Origin: Thalia democratica
Lineage: Eukaryota
Assembly (NCBI GenBank): GCA_965202585.1
Contig: OZ241826.1
Span: forward strand, 54,436,001-54,500,000
Length of the DNA stretch: 64,000 nt
Direction: 5' to 3'
Positions 13,201 to 25,443 of the stretch are shown one piece after another (within the stretch, counting starts at the first letter, position 1; each line of letters begins with the position of its first letter). A program made the position numbers and the translations under genes. A model generated the notes under the pieces. The model had not been told where the DNA came from. It saw only the letters and a program-made list of their open reading frames with translations, and made no database searches.

Positions 13201-16200
13201 ATAAAAATTTGAATAAAATTTAATTATTATGTAAAACTTGTCCAAACTTTGGTTTTCACTTAATTACCAAAAGTATTAAGTAATCCTGGGCATGACGTTA
13301 AGCTGTTCTGGTGTATGACTCGATAACCGAAAGGTTTTTTGTAGACAAGGTCCTTGGACCAAACCTTTTGAGCGTATTTTTTGTCGTTCAATAACCAATA
13401 AACAATAATCCAAGTTAAAATAATTTTGTTGTATAAGATTTCTAAGTACTTCGAAATTAATAGATTCAATTTTTCTTAGAAATGTAGTTTAAAAAACTTA
13501 AAAATACGTTTAATATTACAAAAAATAAACTATACATGTTGTACAAACAAAAATAAGTAGTGAGTGTTTGCTACTATACTTAGTTTTTTTCAAAACAATA
13601 TCTACCTTTATTTACTATGGAAATAATAACTGATAAACATATCAGTTTTAAAAGTTAAAGTACATACTACAGTACAGCTTGTATAAAAGACCCGTTAAAT
13701 CTAAACTTTAAAATACTTATAACTCTAACACTCTCGTCGTTTAACTTCCAATGCCACTCAGCTGGATTTTGTTGCTTTATATCTAGTCGATTTTTGTATC
13801 CATTTGGCTTTTTCCTAATCAATAACATAAGATGACAATTTTGCACGTAAATCGCTATATGGTGTCGATTATGACCTTAAAAATATTTCTATTTTTTTAA
13901 GTTGTAGCTATTATATTATTAGTTTTTATAATGTTTATTAGAGAAATATAGCAATTAAATTTATAAAAGCTTATTTTTTTAAATGTTAGTGAACAAAAAC
14001 TTTGAAGTGTATTTATCAAAAAAAAGTTAACAAAATTGGATGAAAACTTAGAGTAAACATACTTTTTTAATTAGCTTCAAGAACTTTTTTCTACCCAATA
14101 TATAACTTTGCAAAAAAAATACAAAATATATGTCTATAATCTATTCATGTTTTACAAGAACTTTAGTCATTTAGAAATACCTGATTCATCTGATTTGCAC
14201 AAAATGGTTCGTTTCTCTCCTAGTTTAGATAAACTAGAATCAAAAAGTTCCATTGTAAACGAAATTTGTGTGGTACCATCCCAATCAATACTATTGAGAA
14301 AGGTAGACTTTCTGTCACTTAGTTTAGTAATAAAGTCTTTTTCAGTAAGCTGATAAGACTGACTTGAAGACGAATTCTATAAAGAAAATTTTTTAATGAC
14401 TACACTGCTTAGAGATGTGTTTTATTTACTAAAAAAAACTATATAACTAAAAAAAGTACAAAACATAAATGTATCACTTTAAGTATTCATATGTATATGA
14501 ATCTATTGTTTAAGTGAAAATAGTTTTTAGTAAGTACCAATACTCTAAATATTTATCAAACACTGCTCGTATTTTCGATTCTAAAATCACTTTGCAAGGT
14601 AAAAAACTACTAAACGTTTATTTATATAAAAACAACAACTTAATTAAAGCTCAGTTATTTCGCTATTAAATATATAAGAAAAAATAAAACTTACATTTGT
14701 CTTGTGAACGGATAAAATTTCACTTACATTTTTTCTTCTTGCTAAAATTTATTTGTTGATTACAATTAAAGCTTATTTAAAATTTTATAAACTTATAATT
14801 CAAGTTACAGCAATGACTAGTTTACGAAAAAGAATATTTTGAATGAATAATTTACCACAAGTTTGTTTAAGCAGCTGCGGGGAGCATTCAAAATTTTCTT
14901 TATGGTCAAACTGCAACCCTGCAGTAACTTCAACTTCTACCGACTCGTTAAAATTTGTGCAAGTCTCTAATTTCGGTAAATGCTTGATAATTTGAAAAAT
15001 TTTTTCGTTGGAATTTACTGGAATCACGGGCTCTAAATCTGAAATAAACGTTTTTTTCTGATTACTCTTTGCAAATACTAAATAATAGTAATACACTATT
15101 TAATACTAAGACCAAAAATGTGTAAACTACATTTAGTAGTTTATAACTTCTTATTACTTTTTAAAACTTAAACAATATTTTTCGATTTAAATGTAAAACT
15201 AATATTATTGTTGTTTCAGTATGTCGTGTAAGAAAACTCCCTTGAGAAAAAAAATTAACTGGCGATAGATTCAACGCTAAATTCAAGTTTATTTGAAAAA
15301 GCTACACAACAAACACATAATTTTAACTGTATTAAAGTTTAAGTACTTACAATATATTTTTCAGTTAGATATTTATTAAAAAAGCATTAAAGATATTTTT
15401 AGAATAAAAAATTCTAAAAGAATAGTCTTAAAACTTAGATCTGCTGCGCTGTAAAGTTTTTCCTTGACATGGCACTAAGATAAATAATATATGAGTTTTA
15501 AATTGCACAGTTATACTTGCTTACAATGTATAGTCGTCTCAAACCGTTTTTAGTAAATTTTTAATGCTTTTTAACGAGTAATAACGTATCACAATCCAAA
15601 ACAAAAAATCATTATTTAGAATTTTGAATAGTCTTTAAACTTTTATGTTTACTATAAATTCTTTAAGCTAAGTATAAGTGTAACAAATACTTAAACTTTA
15701 CAGTCTTTAAAAAACATGATTTATCACTATATTTAATAATCCAGTCTAATTTATGATTTATTATAACATATATTTTTCATACTTTAGAAAGTTGTTGAGA
15801 AAGGTATTCTCAAACATTTTAACCAATATACAAATAATTATTAAGACCTAAATTTTTACGATAAAAGTTGACTTATGTAAAATAATTTGTCAAATTCTAG
15901 TAATTTCCGTTTAAATAAAGAGTATTTTTGTTACGTTATAGTTTTATATTAAGATTAACTAAAAAATTAAATTTTTAAAGATAACAGTTACTTAAGCAGT
16001 TAAAAATTTGTTTTTATAAACGTATTAGTCCTGGACATGACGTTAAACTGATCTGGTGTATGACTCGATAACCGAAAGGTTTTTTTGTGCACCAGGTCCT
16101 TTGACCAAACTTTTTGAGCGTTTTTTGTCGTTCAAGATACAATATATACTACAAAACATGTTTTATTCAGTAAGTTTGTGTTAGTTTTCAAAAAAATATA

Positions 16201-18616
16201 CTTTATTTTTATATTACTATGCTTTTTTGTTATTTACTCCTTAAACCTTAAAAAAACTTTTATGAAACTAAAAAATACTTAAACTAACATTTTGTATTTG
16301 TAGAAGACTTAAATTAAATAAAAGTTAAACAGTAACTTAAATATATCTAAGTATACAGTGCTAATTTTCTGAAATATTTTTTATTTTAACGAGATAAATA
16401 CTATTAACAAAAATTAACTTACTTTTCCATCCAGGAATACATGGCTTTTTTATATATACTTCAATATTGTGAATTAATGAATTTTTACCCCTACAGTCTC
16501 TGGCCATCACTTCAATGTCAAACTTTTGATCAACATCAGAAACTTTTAAATACTGTAGTGAATATATTTCCCCTGTTTAAATATCTAACTTAGTAAAAAA
16601 AATAAACATTTTAAACTAAGTAATAGTATTTTAAAATGCTTCAAACTTAAAATATAAATACTTAAAAATTAGTTTTACATGTACAACTTATAACTATACA
16701 AGTCAAATACTGATATTTTAATTTCTCTTAACAAATGTTAGTATAATATCTTTAAACAATTAAAAGTGCGTATGTCAGCTGTTTTTTAATGCGGCAACTC
16801 GATTTAAAATTAGCTGAAAGACTCGCATACTTTTTATATTATAAACTAGCCTACAATTTTATATAGTAATGACTTTTCAGTAAACAAGCTAGAATAATAA
16901 AAAAAAATGCTTAGATTTTTTTTTTTTAAGTTTACAATTTTGTTTAATAAACTTGTTTATACTTTAGTTTTAATTTTGTGTATAATTATAGTAAACTGTT
17001 ATTGTTTTATAAATGTATAAACTACTAAAAGTAATAAATGCATTTCCTTTAAGCTTGTTACAAAACAGTTTTAAAATTATTTTTAGTAATTTTCAAAACG
17101 AAAATTACCTGTGTCAGAAATATTAAAATACTTTTGGTTGTTTATAATATGAAAACCACAAATTTTTTCACCACAGTCATCATCACGTGCTACAAGCCTT
17201 AGTAAAGAATCATTAACATTAATATTATCGTGAACAGTAATTGAAGATGGTGAATTAACAATAATTGGGTCGTGTTCATTGCTATCTATCACCTTCACTT
17301 GCACTTTTGATCTGAATTAAAGTAATTCACTCATATTTAACTTATCATTTCATACTAATTTTTTATGTATATAAAAATTAGTTACACAATAGTTTGCAGT
17401 AAAAGTAATTAACGAACATTCTACAATATTTTCAATTTTATATAATCACTTTTCCAACAGTTATAAAACACAGTTCGTACTTTTTTGATTTTTTTCTTCC
17501 TTTAGTTATTCCACTAGAGACTTTCCATCCACAATCGACAGCGGCAACGTAAAACTCGTAAGTTGATTGGTTTTTGCAACTCAGTAATCCAACATCATCC
17601 TTTAATTGGATGCTTGCCTGTCCCAAGCTGACATCTAAAACAAAAGCTCCGAACGGTAGCCATTTTCCATCCTTATTCGTCAGCTCAAAATCACAAATTT
17701 TACCTTTGCAGAAGGTTTATTTGATGAAATGGAATTTTACTTGGAGGTTATTAGTTGTTATATCTTGATAAGTTTAATTTTTTTTAGTTTAAAATTAAAT
17801 GATATCACAATTCTATCAAATTTTACAATACTTTATTGATTCTATTTAAGTTTAATAGTTTGAAACAAACGTCAAAACTGTTTACAAACACATTCTTTTT
17901 AATTTTTTTTTGTTCCGGCTTAGAACTTTAAAGAGAACTCAATTTTATTCTTAATACCTGAGTAGTTTGGTGAGTCTTTATCCTGGGCGAACAAAGGAGG
18001 GTTAAGGATAACATTCACAGTGTTTCCATCAATTACACCATGGTATTCCTTAGAAGATAACTGCGGTCGATGCCTATTTCTGTGACCTACAAGGATTTTT
18101 TAATATTTTTCATTTTTTAAATATTCTTTTGTAAAAAAAAGAAGTAAGTCAAAATAGTAAGCTATAATTATTTATTATTTTTAGACAAGGTTTAAAGATA
18201 CTTTTACTAAGTTTTTATTATAAATAATATATTTTTTAGATCCAATCTTAAATATTATTAAATAATAAAAAGTAAACTTCTTATTATTAATATAAGTTTA
18301 ACTTAGTTTTCATTACCTTTACGCTTTGTTAGCTTAGTAAAACCATAAAAAAAAATTCAATATGCGTTTTTTAATATCTATTCGCACAAAAAAAAGCTTT
18401 TTAAATAATAATTACTGCACAGTCACCTACTCTGCTTGATAAAACAGAAAGATAAAACAGAAAACTAAAGTTAACAAAGTTAGTTATAACCTCATAAAAA
18501 AAGTCATGTAAAATTAAAACAATCAGCTTTCTTTGAAATATTTATAATTATTATTTACCAGAGCAACTTAATATTCCTATGAGAAGCAAAACTGTTTTAA
18601 AAATCCTAGAATTCAT
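7250..18616 (-). CDS. CLSTN: Calsyntenin (alcadein): cadherin repeats, LamG-like domain, single transmembrane helix, about 1074 aa
   Basis: 19 exons with matching phases: 18616-18559 (signal peptide MNSRIFKTVLLLIGILSCS), 18086-17958, 17703-17481, 17311-17109, 16572-16423, 15301-15260, 15077-14856, 14741-14695, 14376-14181, 13875-13724 (or 13730), 12271-12100, 11761-11598, 11070-10940, 10880-10678, 10517-10374, 10019-9877, 9101-8906, 8771-8374, 7501-7250. Diagnostic motifs: YHGVI..LNPPLFAQDKD, AVDCG, CIPGW, TILCKSD..HNRHH, AEWHWKL, DDYPLH..VGAAWEG, CLTFCQEG, TM helix VPFVVTGICVVLLVVLAIAALI, MDWDDSAMTITVNP. Confidence 0.95.
9257..9675. mobile_element. MITE with ~20-bp imperfect TIRs (family also at 36779-37156 and about 42660-42989)
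   Basis: GGGTGCACGACTATTCAAATTC ... GATTTGAATTGTTATGTAACC. Confidence 0.6.
13284..13408 (+). repeat. Structured ~125-nt dispersed repeat, copy A (calsyntenin intron)
   Basis: TCCTGGGCATGACGTTAAGCTG..GGTGTATGACTCGATAACCGAAAGG..GGTCCTTGGACC..TTGAGCG..CGTTCAATAA; aligns by eye to five other copies. Confidence 0.9.
16028..16143 (+). repeat. Structured ~125-nt dispersed repeat, copy B (calsyntenin intron)
   Basis: GTCCTGGACATGACGTTAAACTGATCTGGTGTATGACTCGATAACCGAAAGG..TGCACCAGGTCCTTTGACC..TTGAGCG..CGTTCAA. Confidence 0.9.
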
Positions 18617-21600
18617 TATAATTTGTTCAGAGTTACTTGTCCATTAAATAGTTTCTTCTAACTATTTATATCGAAAACTGAAGCTAATATAACTCTATGA
18701 AAAATAGTTATACGCACAATTGATTTTCCCTCATGAATTATTTGGATTTTTTCATAGATTTTGTGGAATGCTTTAAACTAATGACCACAAGCGGTGATAA
18801 TTTCTCTAAAACTGATATTATGAAAAACTTAAGTTTAAGTTTTAACAAGCTAAATAGAAAACACAAAAATTTCAAGAGGTATACCGAGATTTCTATATTT
18901 TTGATAGTATTATAGCTTGTACTAACTTTAAACTACAGAGAAACTATATTTTAATAATTAAAAAAAAAAATTATATGAAAAATTGTCTTCCATATCTTTT
19001 GAAAAATTTTAAATAAACAAGTAATTTGAATATAAATTAAAAGGTTCAAAAACTAGTAGTTTTACAAAATTTTTGTGTCGAAAAAGGTCTTTAAAATATT
19101 TTTTCTGAATTATAGCGTTAATATAACTCTTATACTTTTAATATAAAAGATAATTATTAGAATATCTAAACATTTTTCAATATGTTTACTAAAAATTTGC
19201 TAAAAATTAAAGTTAATTTTCTTGATACTTAATTTAATCAAAAAAACAATAAAAAAACTTTTGACTAAATAAAATTCAACTTCAATTAGCTTTTGATTAA
19301 ATTCTAGTAAACAGTAGTTTTCTGATACTTTTTTAAACTTTAAAGTTAAGTAACTATGACTGAAAGTATTTGGCACGCTATGATTTTAAATACAAAGCGA
19401 TCACAAAGACAACGAAAAGTTAAACTAATGTAGATTAAAACCTAAGAAATAACAAAAGTGTAACTAGTTTTACAAGTCTGTAAGAAAGTAAAATGAATAT
19501 AAACCAACATAGAAAACAGAGAAAAAATCAAAAGTAACAACACTATACGCAACCAATAAAATACTAAATATATACTTAGTTTAAAAGCAAATTAAACTAA
19601 TACGCATTTTTTTAGTATTGAATTGGAAGATTAGCTTAAGTCCAAAGTTTAATATTTTTTCAAATATGAAAAAACTGTAAAAAAATTAAGTTTGTATGTA
19701 AAGTGCTAATTTTTGTTTTTAATGAAACTTTACGGTATAACTTAGTTGTATAAAATTTTATTAAATTAAAATTATTATAAAGTTTGTTGAAATTTATGTT
19801 TAAACCTATAACAGACTAAGTGTAAATATTTTTTTATTTTGTTTTAATAAAAAAATTGGTAATACTTAGTAAAAGTATAATAAAAATACATTTCAAATCA
19901 AACTTTATTAGTATGCATTGCAAATGCACAACTTTTACAATTTACTTTCAACTATTAAAAGTAAAGTTTAAACTTTGTTATTATATGACACTTAGGCTAA
20001 TTTAAATCTAAAAGTTATGGCTTTAATAAATGAGTTAACAGAAAGGTTTGGTCAAACCACTTGAATCATCAGACCACAAGCTTATGGTTTGATAATCGAA
20101 GTGGTACTATAAAATCTTTTTATTAATTTGAGCTCGTCTCATAACATACGAAAGTCCAGGTTAGGCTGTGTAGACTTTCACCGACGTTTTTGTTTAAAAA
20201 TACAACTACACACTTCTATTTATTTAAATAAAAATGAAAAATAAATATATAAGTATTGACTTTTACCTGAAGTACCCATATTTTGTACTATTACTTTACT
20301 TTGACTAAAGTTGTTGTACCACTTTTATTTGAACACTTTTTCAATTATGTTTATTCATATATTACTTTGTTTCGAAATTTATGTAAATATTTATTAAAAT
20401 ATGAACACTGAGTTAAAAAAAAATTTTACTGATTAAGAATAAAAGTTAAATTTGTAACTTTAAAGCTCTAATCTAAACTCTACGTAACTTGTTGCGCAAG
20501 TAAATATAAATATATTTTTGGAGCAACTAATACTTAATTTAGAAATTAAAATGGGATACTTAAACTCTTTTTTTTTTTTTTTCTTCTGACCATTGTGGTG
20601 TTGGAACAAAGTTTCTTCCATGGTTTAGCATATAAGACTGAGACTGATTTTTTTGATGGTTCTAACCATTTTTTTTTGTTAATACTTAATTTAGTAAGCA
20701 ATTTAGTTACAACAACAGTTTCTATAATCTTATTCTTATTTTCTTTACACTTATGTTTTTTTTTGTTCTAATATTTTGAACATTTTGATTATTTCGGCTA
20801 TTTTAGGAATTTTTGTTTTCACCTAAATGCGTTTTAAACTCGTCTAGGACATTCTAAAATTGATACTTCAGTGCGTTTAAGTATTTTAAACTCTTTTAAA
20901 ACAACTTTAAAAGCAACTTTAAATAAATTTATTAACACGTTGTCTAAAACTTTTGTTTTCGTAAACTAATATGCTTAAAACATTTGAGTAACAAATTATA
21001 TAATTATTCAAGCAAACTTTGAAAATTTTACTCTTTAGAGCTCTCCATGTAATATGTAAGTTCAAATAATACCAGATTTTGCAATTTTTAAGTTCCAAAA
21101 TTACTAAGAGTCTTCACAAATTTTGTCATAAAATGATTTGCAACAACTACAAAGTTGCGTTAAATATTTTTTTACTACTACTCTTTTTAAAGTTTTTTCA
21201 AATTATGATTTAGTCTCTTTAGAAAAATAAGACAAGTTGTTTGAAAAATAAAAATTTTAGAATTTTTAAACTAATTGTTATAATTACTTTTTTAAGAAAT
21301 AAAAAGTAAAAAGTTTTCAAAACAGCTCTTAAAAAACCATTAAATTTATTTTTGCTTCAAACAACAGAGTTGTATATAAATTTATATTAGCTACCTAATT
21401 ACACGTACTTAAGCATAAACATAAAACATTAGAATTTAAAATGTTTACTTTAAGACTCATGAGCTTTATGATCTTCAGGAGCTTCTTTGAAAACACCCCT
21501 AAATTAAAAAAAAAACAGTTAAAATATGTCTAGAATATTATAATTAATTTTGTTTTTAAATAACTTTCGTTATTTTTGAAAAGCAAGTAATCCTAGTCAG

Positions 21601-22350
21601 TTAAAAATCTAAAAAGAAAAGACATAAATGAATAACTAGAGGATTTTTGAATAGTTGCTGCACGCTTTAATTTGATGTAAAATTGAAAAGTATTTTGGGT
21701 AAGTTTATTTTCAGAAAATTAACCAATTGGCCGCATTTAAACTCATATAACTTCTAATAACTTTAACCAGAAAAAACAAAAATACTTTAAAAAAACAGTT
21801 ATATTTATTAGTTTGATGCAGTGGCGTAGTGTGGTATATTGGTCGGGGGTGCTTAATTTTTTTTTCTCAAAAAATCCCCTAAATTATACTTTTGTAACTA
21901 GCTATAAAAAGGTATTTTTATAAGAAATATATTTAAAATAAATTCATTAAGTAAAATAAGTTCGAAGTAACTGTCATATACTTATATATTACTAAATTAC
22001 ACAATTAAAATAGTATAAATTTCATTAGAATTACTTATACTTGCACAAATGTAAACTTACTAAATAAAAATTGTTTTTACTATTTACAGTAAACTTTATA
22101 TCTTTAAAAATGAATATATTCAATAAAACAAAAGTATCTGTTTTATTTACGAAAAAAATATCAATCTCTTTAATATACAGTACAACATTGATAACAGCAC
22201 CTCATTGCACATAACTTAAATAAAGTTACACAGAAGTTAAAGTAGACCAACTTTATAACTGTTATTACAATTTATTACAACTTTGTAAAATAGTTAAAAG
22301 TATACTTTTTAAATTTAATTTAATTTGAAAAATTGTAAGTTTTGAAAAAG

Positions 22351-22593
22351 TGGTTTGATGGCCGTTCTGAGAAACCAACGAATAAATACTTCTCGGCGAT
22401 TGGGCAACATTTGTTGGACAATCCTGAGTGTGTTAAAAGTTATAAAAAGGACAATTTTTCAGTCTTAGTGAGAGCGGAGAACTCTTTTCAATTGCATATT
22501 CTGGAAGCTTTATGTTTTTAATCTTTAAGGCCCAGTTTATGTAAGCAGAAAAAGTTCGTTTATCAAACTAGACTTTTTAAATCCTTATATTAG
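22351..22593 (+). mobile_element. Penelope-like retroelement remnant: C-terminal GIY-YIG endonuclease, one in-frame stop
   Basis: Translates to WFDGRSEKPTNKYFSAIGQHLLDNPECVKSYKKDNFSVLVRAENSFQLHILEALCF*SLRPSLCKQKKFVYQTRLFKSLY*. This matches the typical PLE tail SAIxQHL..F.IL..L.ILEA..I..P.LC.Q. Confidence 0.8.
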
Positions 22594-22838
22594 TAATTTT
22601 AGAGTAAATAGTTTCTTATTAAAATGTTATTTTTAAGTATAGTTTTTATTTTTATTTTTATCGCTTGTTTATTTAGACTGTTTTAATTCTAAGGAGTTTC
22701 ATTAGTATACCAAATTTTTTTAGCATAAGCACTTATTTAATTTTTAACATTTGATTATTACGTCATTTTATATTCTTAAACTTTAAACTTCAGTATGATT
22801 TTATTTCAATTTGTATTCATTCAAATTCAGTTAGAAAC

Positions 22839-22875
22839 TATTTCTGATGAGCCTTACTACGAAAGTACTAAAATA
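22839..22875 (+). ncRNA. Minimal type I hammerhead ribozyme motif (PLE-associated, stem II degenerate)
   Basis: TATTT-CTGATGA-GCCTTACTAC-GAAA-GTAC-TA-AAATA. Core boxes are intact, stem I is TATTT/AAATA and stem III is the palindrome GTAC. It lies about 250 nt downstream of the GIY-YIG stop. Confidence 0.65.
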
Positions 22876-23018
22876 AATTTAAAGAAAATGAAATGACTTA
22901 TAAATATTAAAACTTAAAAAACTGATTAAAAAAACACGCTTACATTTAAAAACAAAATTACTTCGTTATTAAAATGAATTCTCAGATAGAATTTTTATTG
23001 GATCTATTTTATTTATTT

Positions 23019-23133
23019 GTCCTGGACATGACTTTAAACTGTATCCTGGTGTATGACTCAATAACCGAAAGGTTTATCGTACACCAGGTCCTTGGACCAA
23101 ATATTTGAGCGTTTTTTTCGTTCAATAAACAAT
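23019..23133 (+). repeat. Structured ~125-nt dispersed repeat, copy C
   Basis: GTCCTGGACATGACTTTAAACTG..CTGGTGTATGACTCAATAACCGAAAGGTTTATCGTACACCAGGTCCTTGGACC..TTGAGCG..CGTTCAATAAACAATA. Confidence 0.9.
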
Positions 23134-23267
23134 ACTATTGGTTAAAATAATGCTTTAAATATCTACTTTTATGTGAATAAGGGTCTTAATAACTAAAATT
23201 TATATTCAGAATAAAAAGCACGTGATAGGCATAAACTTTTGCTTTGCCGGAGTAGTTTTAAATAAAT

Positions 23268-23565
23268 CAGGGTTCGGAAAACTGCGGCCCACGGGTCACA
23301 TGCGGTCCATGATAGGTACATACTGCAACCCGAGAATATGCAAATTAGACCCGCTAAAAAAAGTGTTTAAATTTACACAAGATATTCTGAGGTTGGATTG
23401 GAAGAGTAAAAATAAATGGTTTTAGTTTAGGTTAAATATACGGAGAATTTACACTACATATTTTAGGTATATTATGGAAAGTAAAGACTGAAACTACGAC
23501 TGTGACCCAAATTATTATAATTTTCGAAATTCGGGCTGCGACCATCAAATGCCTGTCGACTACTG
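23268..23565. mobile_element. hAT/Charlie-like MITE
   Basis: CAGGGTTCGGAAAACTGCGGCCCACGGG ... TGTCGACTACTG. The flanks AAATAAAT / CAATAACT resemble a decayed 8-bp TSD. Confidence 0.55.
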
Positions 23566-24061
23566 CAATAACTGTTTCATTGTGAGTTAAATTAATCTTT
23601 ATTTAGTTTACATCAATGTAAGTAAATGATGATAAAGCAGAATTGTTTTGAATATATTTTAATTTAAATTCCCCTATTATGAAAGAGTCCTCCCCTAATT
23701 TTATATAAATAATTCCTTTAATCAATATACAAAACCTTACCAAGTAAATTTGATATTCAATAAAACAACTCAATATGTCAAAAATTTGGATTTATATCAG
23801 CTGTTTGTGGTTTTAATTATTGTTCATTTATGATAAAAACTTCAGTATTAACTTTTTTTTCAACTATAAATGATTTATTTTGAGTTCAAATAAATTGTAG
23901 GTTGTTTGTTTCCTTTACTGTATGCTGGATCATATAACATTTTTTTAAGGGCCTGATGAAGTAACACCTGATATAGGTGAACTTACTTACAACAGGGTGG
24001 TCATAGGTAATGGAGTCCTGGAATATTATATAAAATGTCCTGATGGTGTATAGTTTATTGA

Positions 24062-24150
24062 ACAACAAGTTATACTCTCAGAACATTTGGTCCTAGGACC
24101 TGGTGCACAAAAAACCTTTTGCTTATCGAGTTGCATACCACAGATACCTT
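24062..24150 (-). repeat. Structured dispersed repeat, copy D (5'-truncated, inverted)
   Basis: The reverse complement reads TGGTATGCAACTCGATAAGCAAAAGGTTTTTTGTGCACCAGGTCCTAGGACCAAA. Confidence 0.8.
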
Positions 24151-24679
24151 TAAAAATCTTGTGAGGGACCGTGTAGGGGTTCTAATGACAGCTTTAAAAC
24201 TTGAGTTGAATGCTGTGAGATTGAAACCTAGTGGTGGACACATTATCAAAAAAAATCATATAAATGAAAAAGAAAAAGGAAAATCATTGAATTTTATCAA
24301 AACAGTTGGATAATCATGAAATTTAAATAAAAAAAATTAAATATCCGAACATTTTAAACACTATTCTATGATAAATTCTTAATTTTTTGATGTAAACAAA
24401 TAGATTGTTGCCTGAATAATGGTTCTGACTTTTTTTTTATCATTTTTGTTTTAGAAAAAATTATTTCTACTTTAAGCCATAAAATTATCTCACTTCATTT
24501 AAAATAAATCTTACTTTTTTCCATCTGAGCTATAAGATAAATTTACAAATTAACATAAATTAATTAACTACTCTTTATGTAAGATTCAATAATATTGAGA
24601 TCTCGTTAAGTGAGGTAAAGGTTGCGTGGGCAGCTTAATACAACTGACACACAAGATTGAATTAAAAATTTCTGGATAA

Positions 24680-25300
24680 AGCCATCCAGGGTCCAACATT
24701 TTTTTTACAAAAATTAACTTTGGCTTTTACATGAAAGCTTTAAATACAAACTAAAAGCCTGTTTTTTATAATAGAATTCAAAAATATCATTTAACGTTTG
24801 AGATATTTTATTTTTTGTAAAAAGTTTCCGACGCAAACATATGAATTGCAAATTTTTTGGGGTCAATTTTCTCAGAAATTAAAAAATTCACTAAAAATCT
24901 TTCTCCTCCTTCATTTTTCAAGCAATCTTCTTCAAATTTTCAGGAAATGTTCCTTATATTAATAGGAAAAAAAGTTACTTTAGAATTAATAAAATAAAAA
25001 TGTTATCATAAAAATTAAAAAAAAGTGTTTTTTTTCAAAGTAACTTTTTTTTTTTTTGTATAAATAATATAAGACTGAAAGTTTGAAGAAGATTGCCTGA
25101 AAAATGTAGGAGATAGATTTTAAATAAAATAGTCTTTTTTTGCTGTTTTAGTTTTCCATTCCATAGGGAACCTTTTATGCGGCCCAACTTTGAATAGTCA
25201 TATCTCAAAAAATAATTTGAATTTTTTAAAACAATAAAAAGCATCTACAAGCTTAGAAAAAGCTCTTTGAAATAAGATCAACTTGTAAAAAACATAAGTC
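24680..25300 (-). mobile_element. Kolobok-like non-autonomous element, same family, two different arms
   Basis: Shares TTTTCAGGAAATGTTCCTT, AATAAGATCAAC, CTAAAACAGCAAAAAAGACTATTT and GGGGTCAATTTTCTC blocks with 33250-33924 (inverted) and 30028-30709. It ends at TTAA 25301. Confidence 0.7.
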
Positions 25301-25443
25301 TTAATAGGATCTCTATCATTTTATCAGGAAGGCCATATCCACAAGGAAACATCTCATGAGAAACAGAAAGGACACTGACTGCAATTTTGGTCGAGTCCAG
25401 GACCCTGTTGTGTGAAAAGGGGACCCTGCTCTTGTCGCTTAAA

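Noticed and set aside
20045-20080. Minus-strand CTGATGA-TTCAAGTGGTTTGAC-CAAA
   Set aside because: The GAAA box is mutated and there is no stem I or III; at best a decayed relic.
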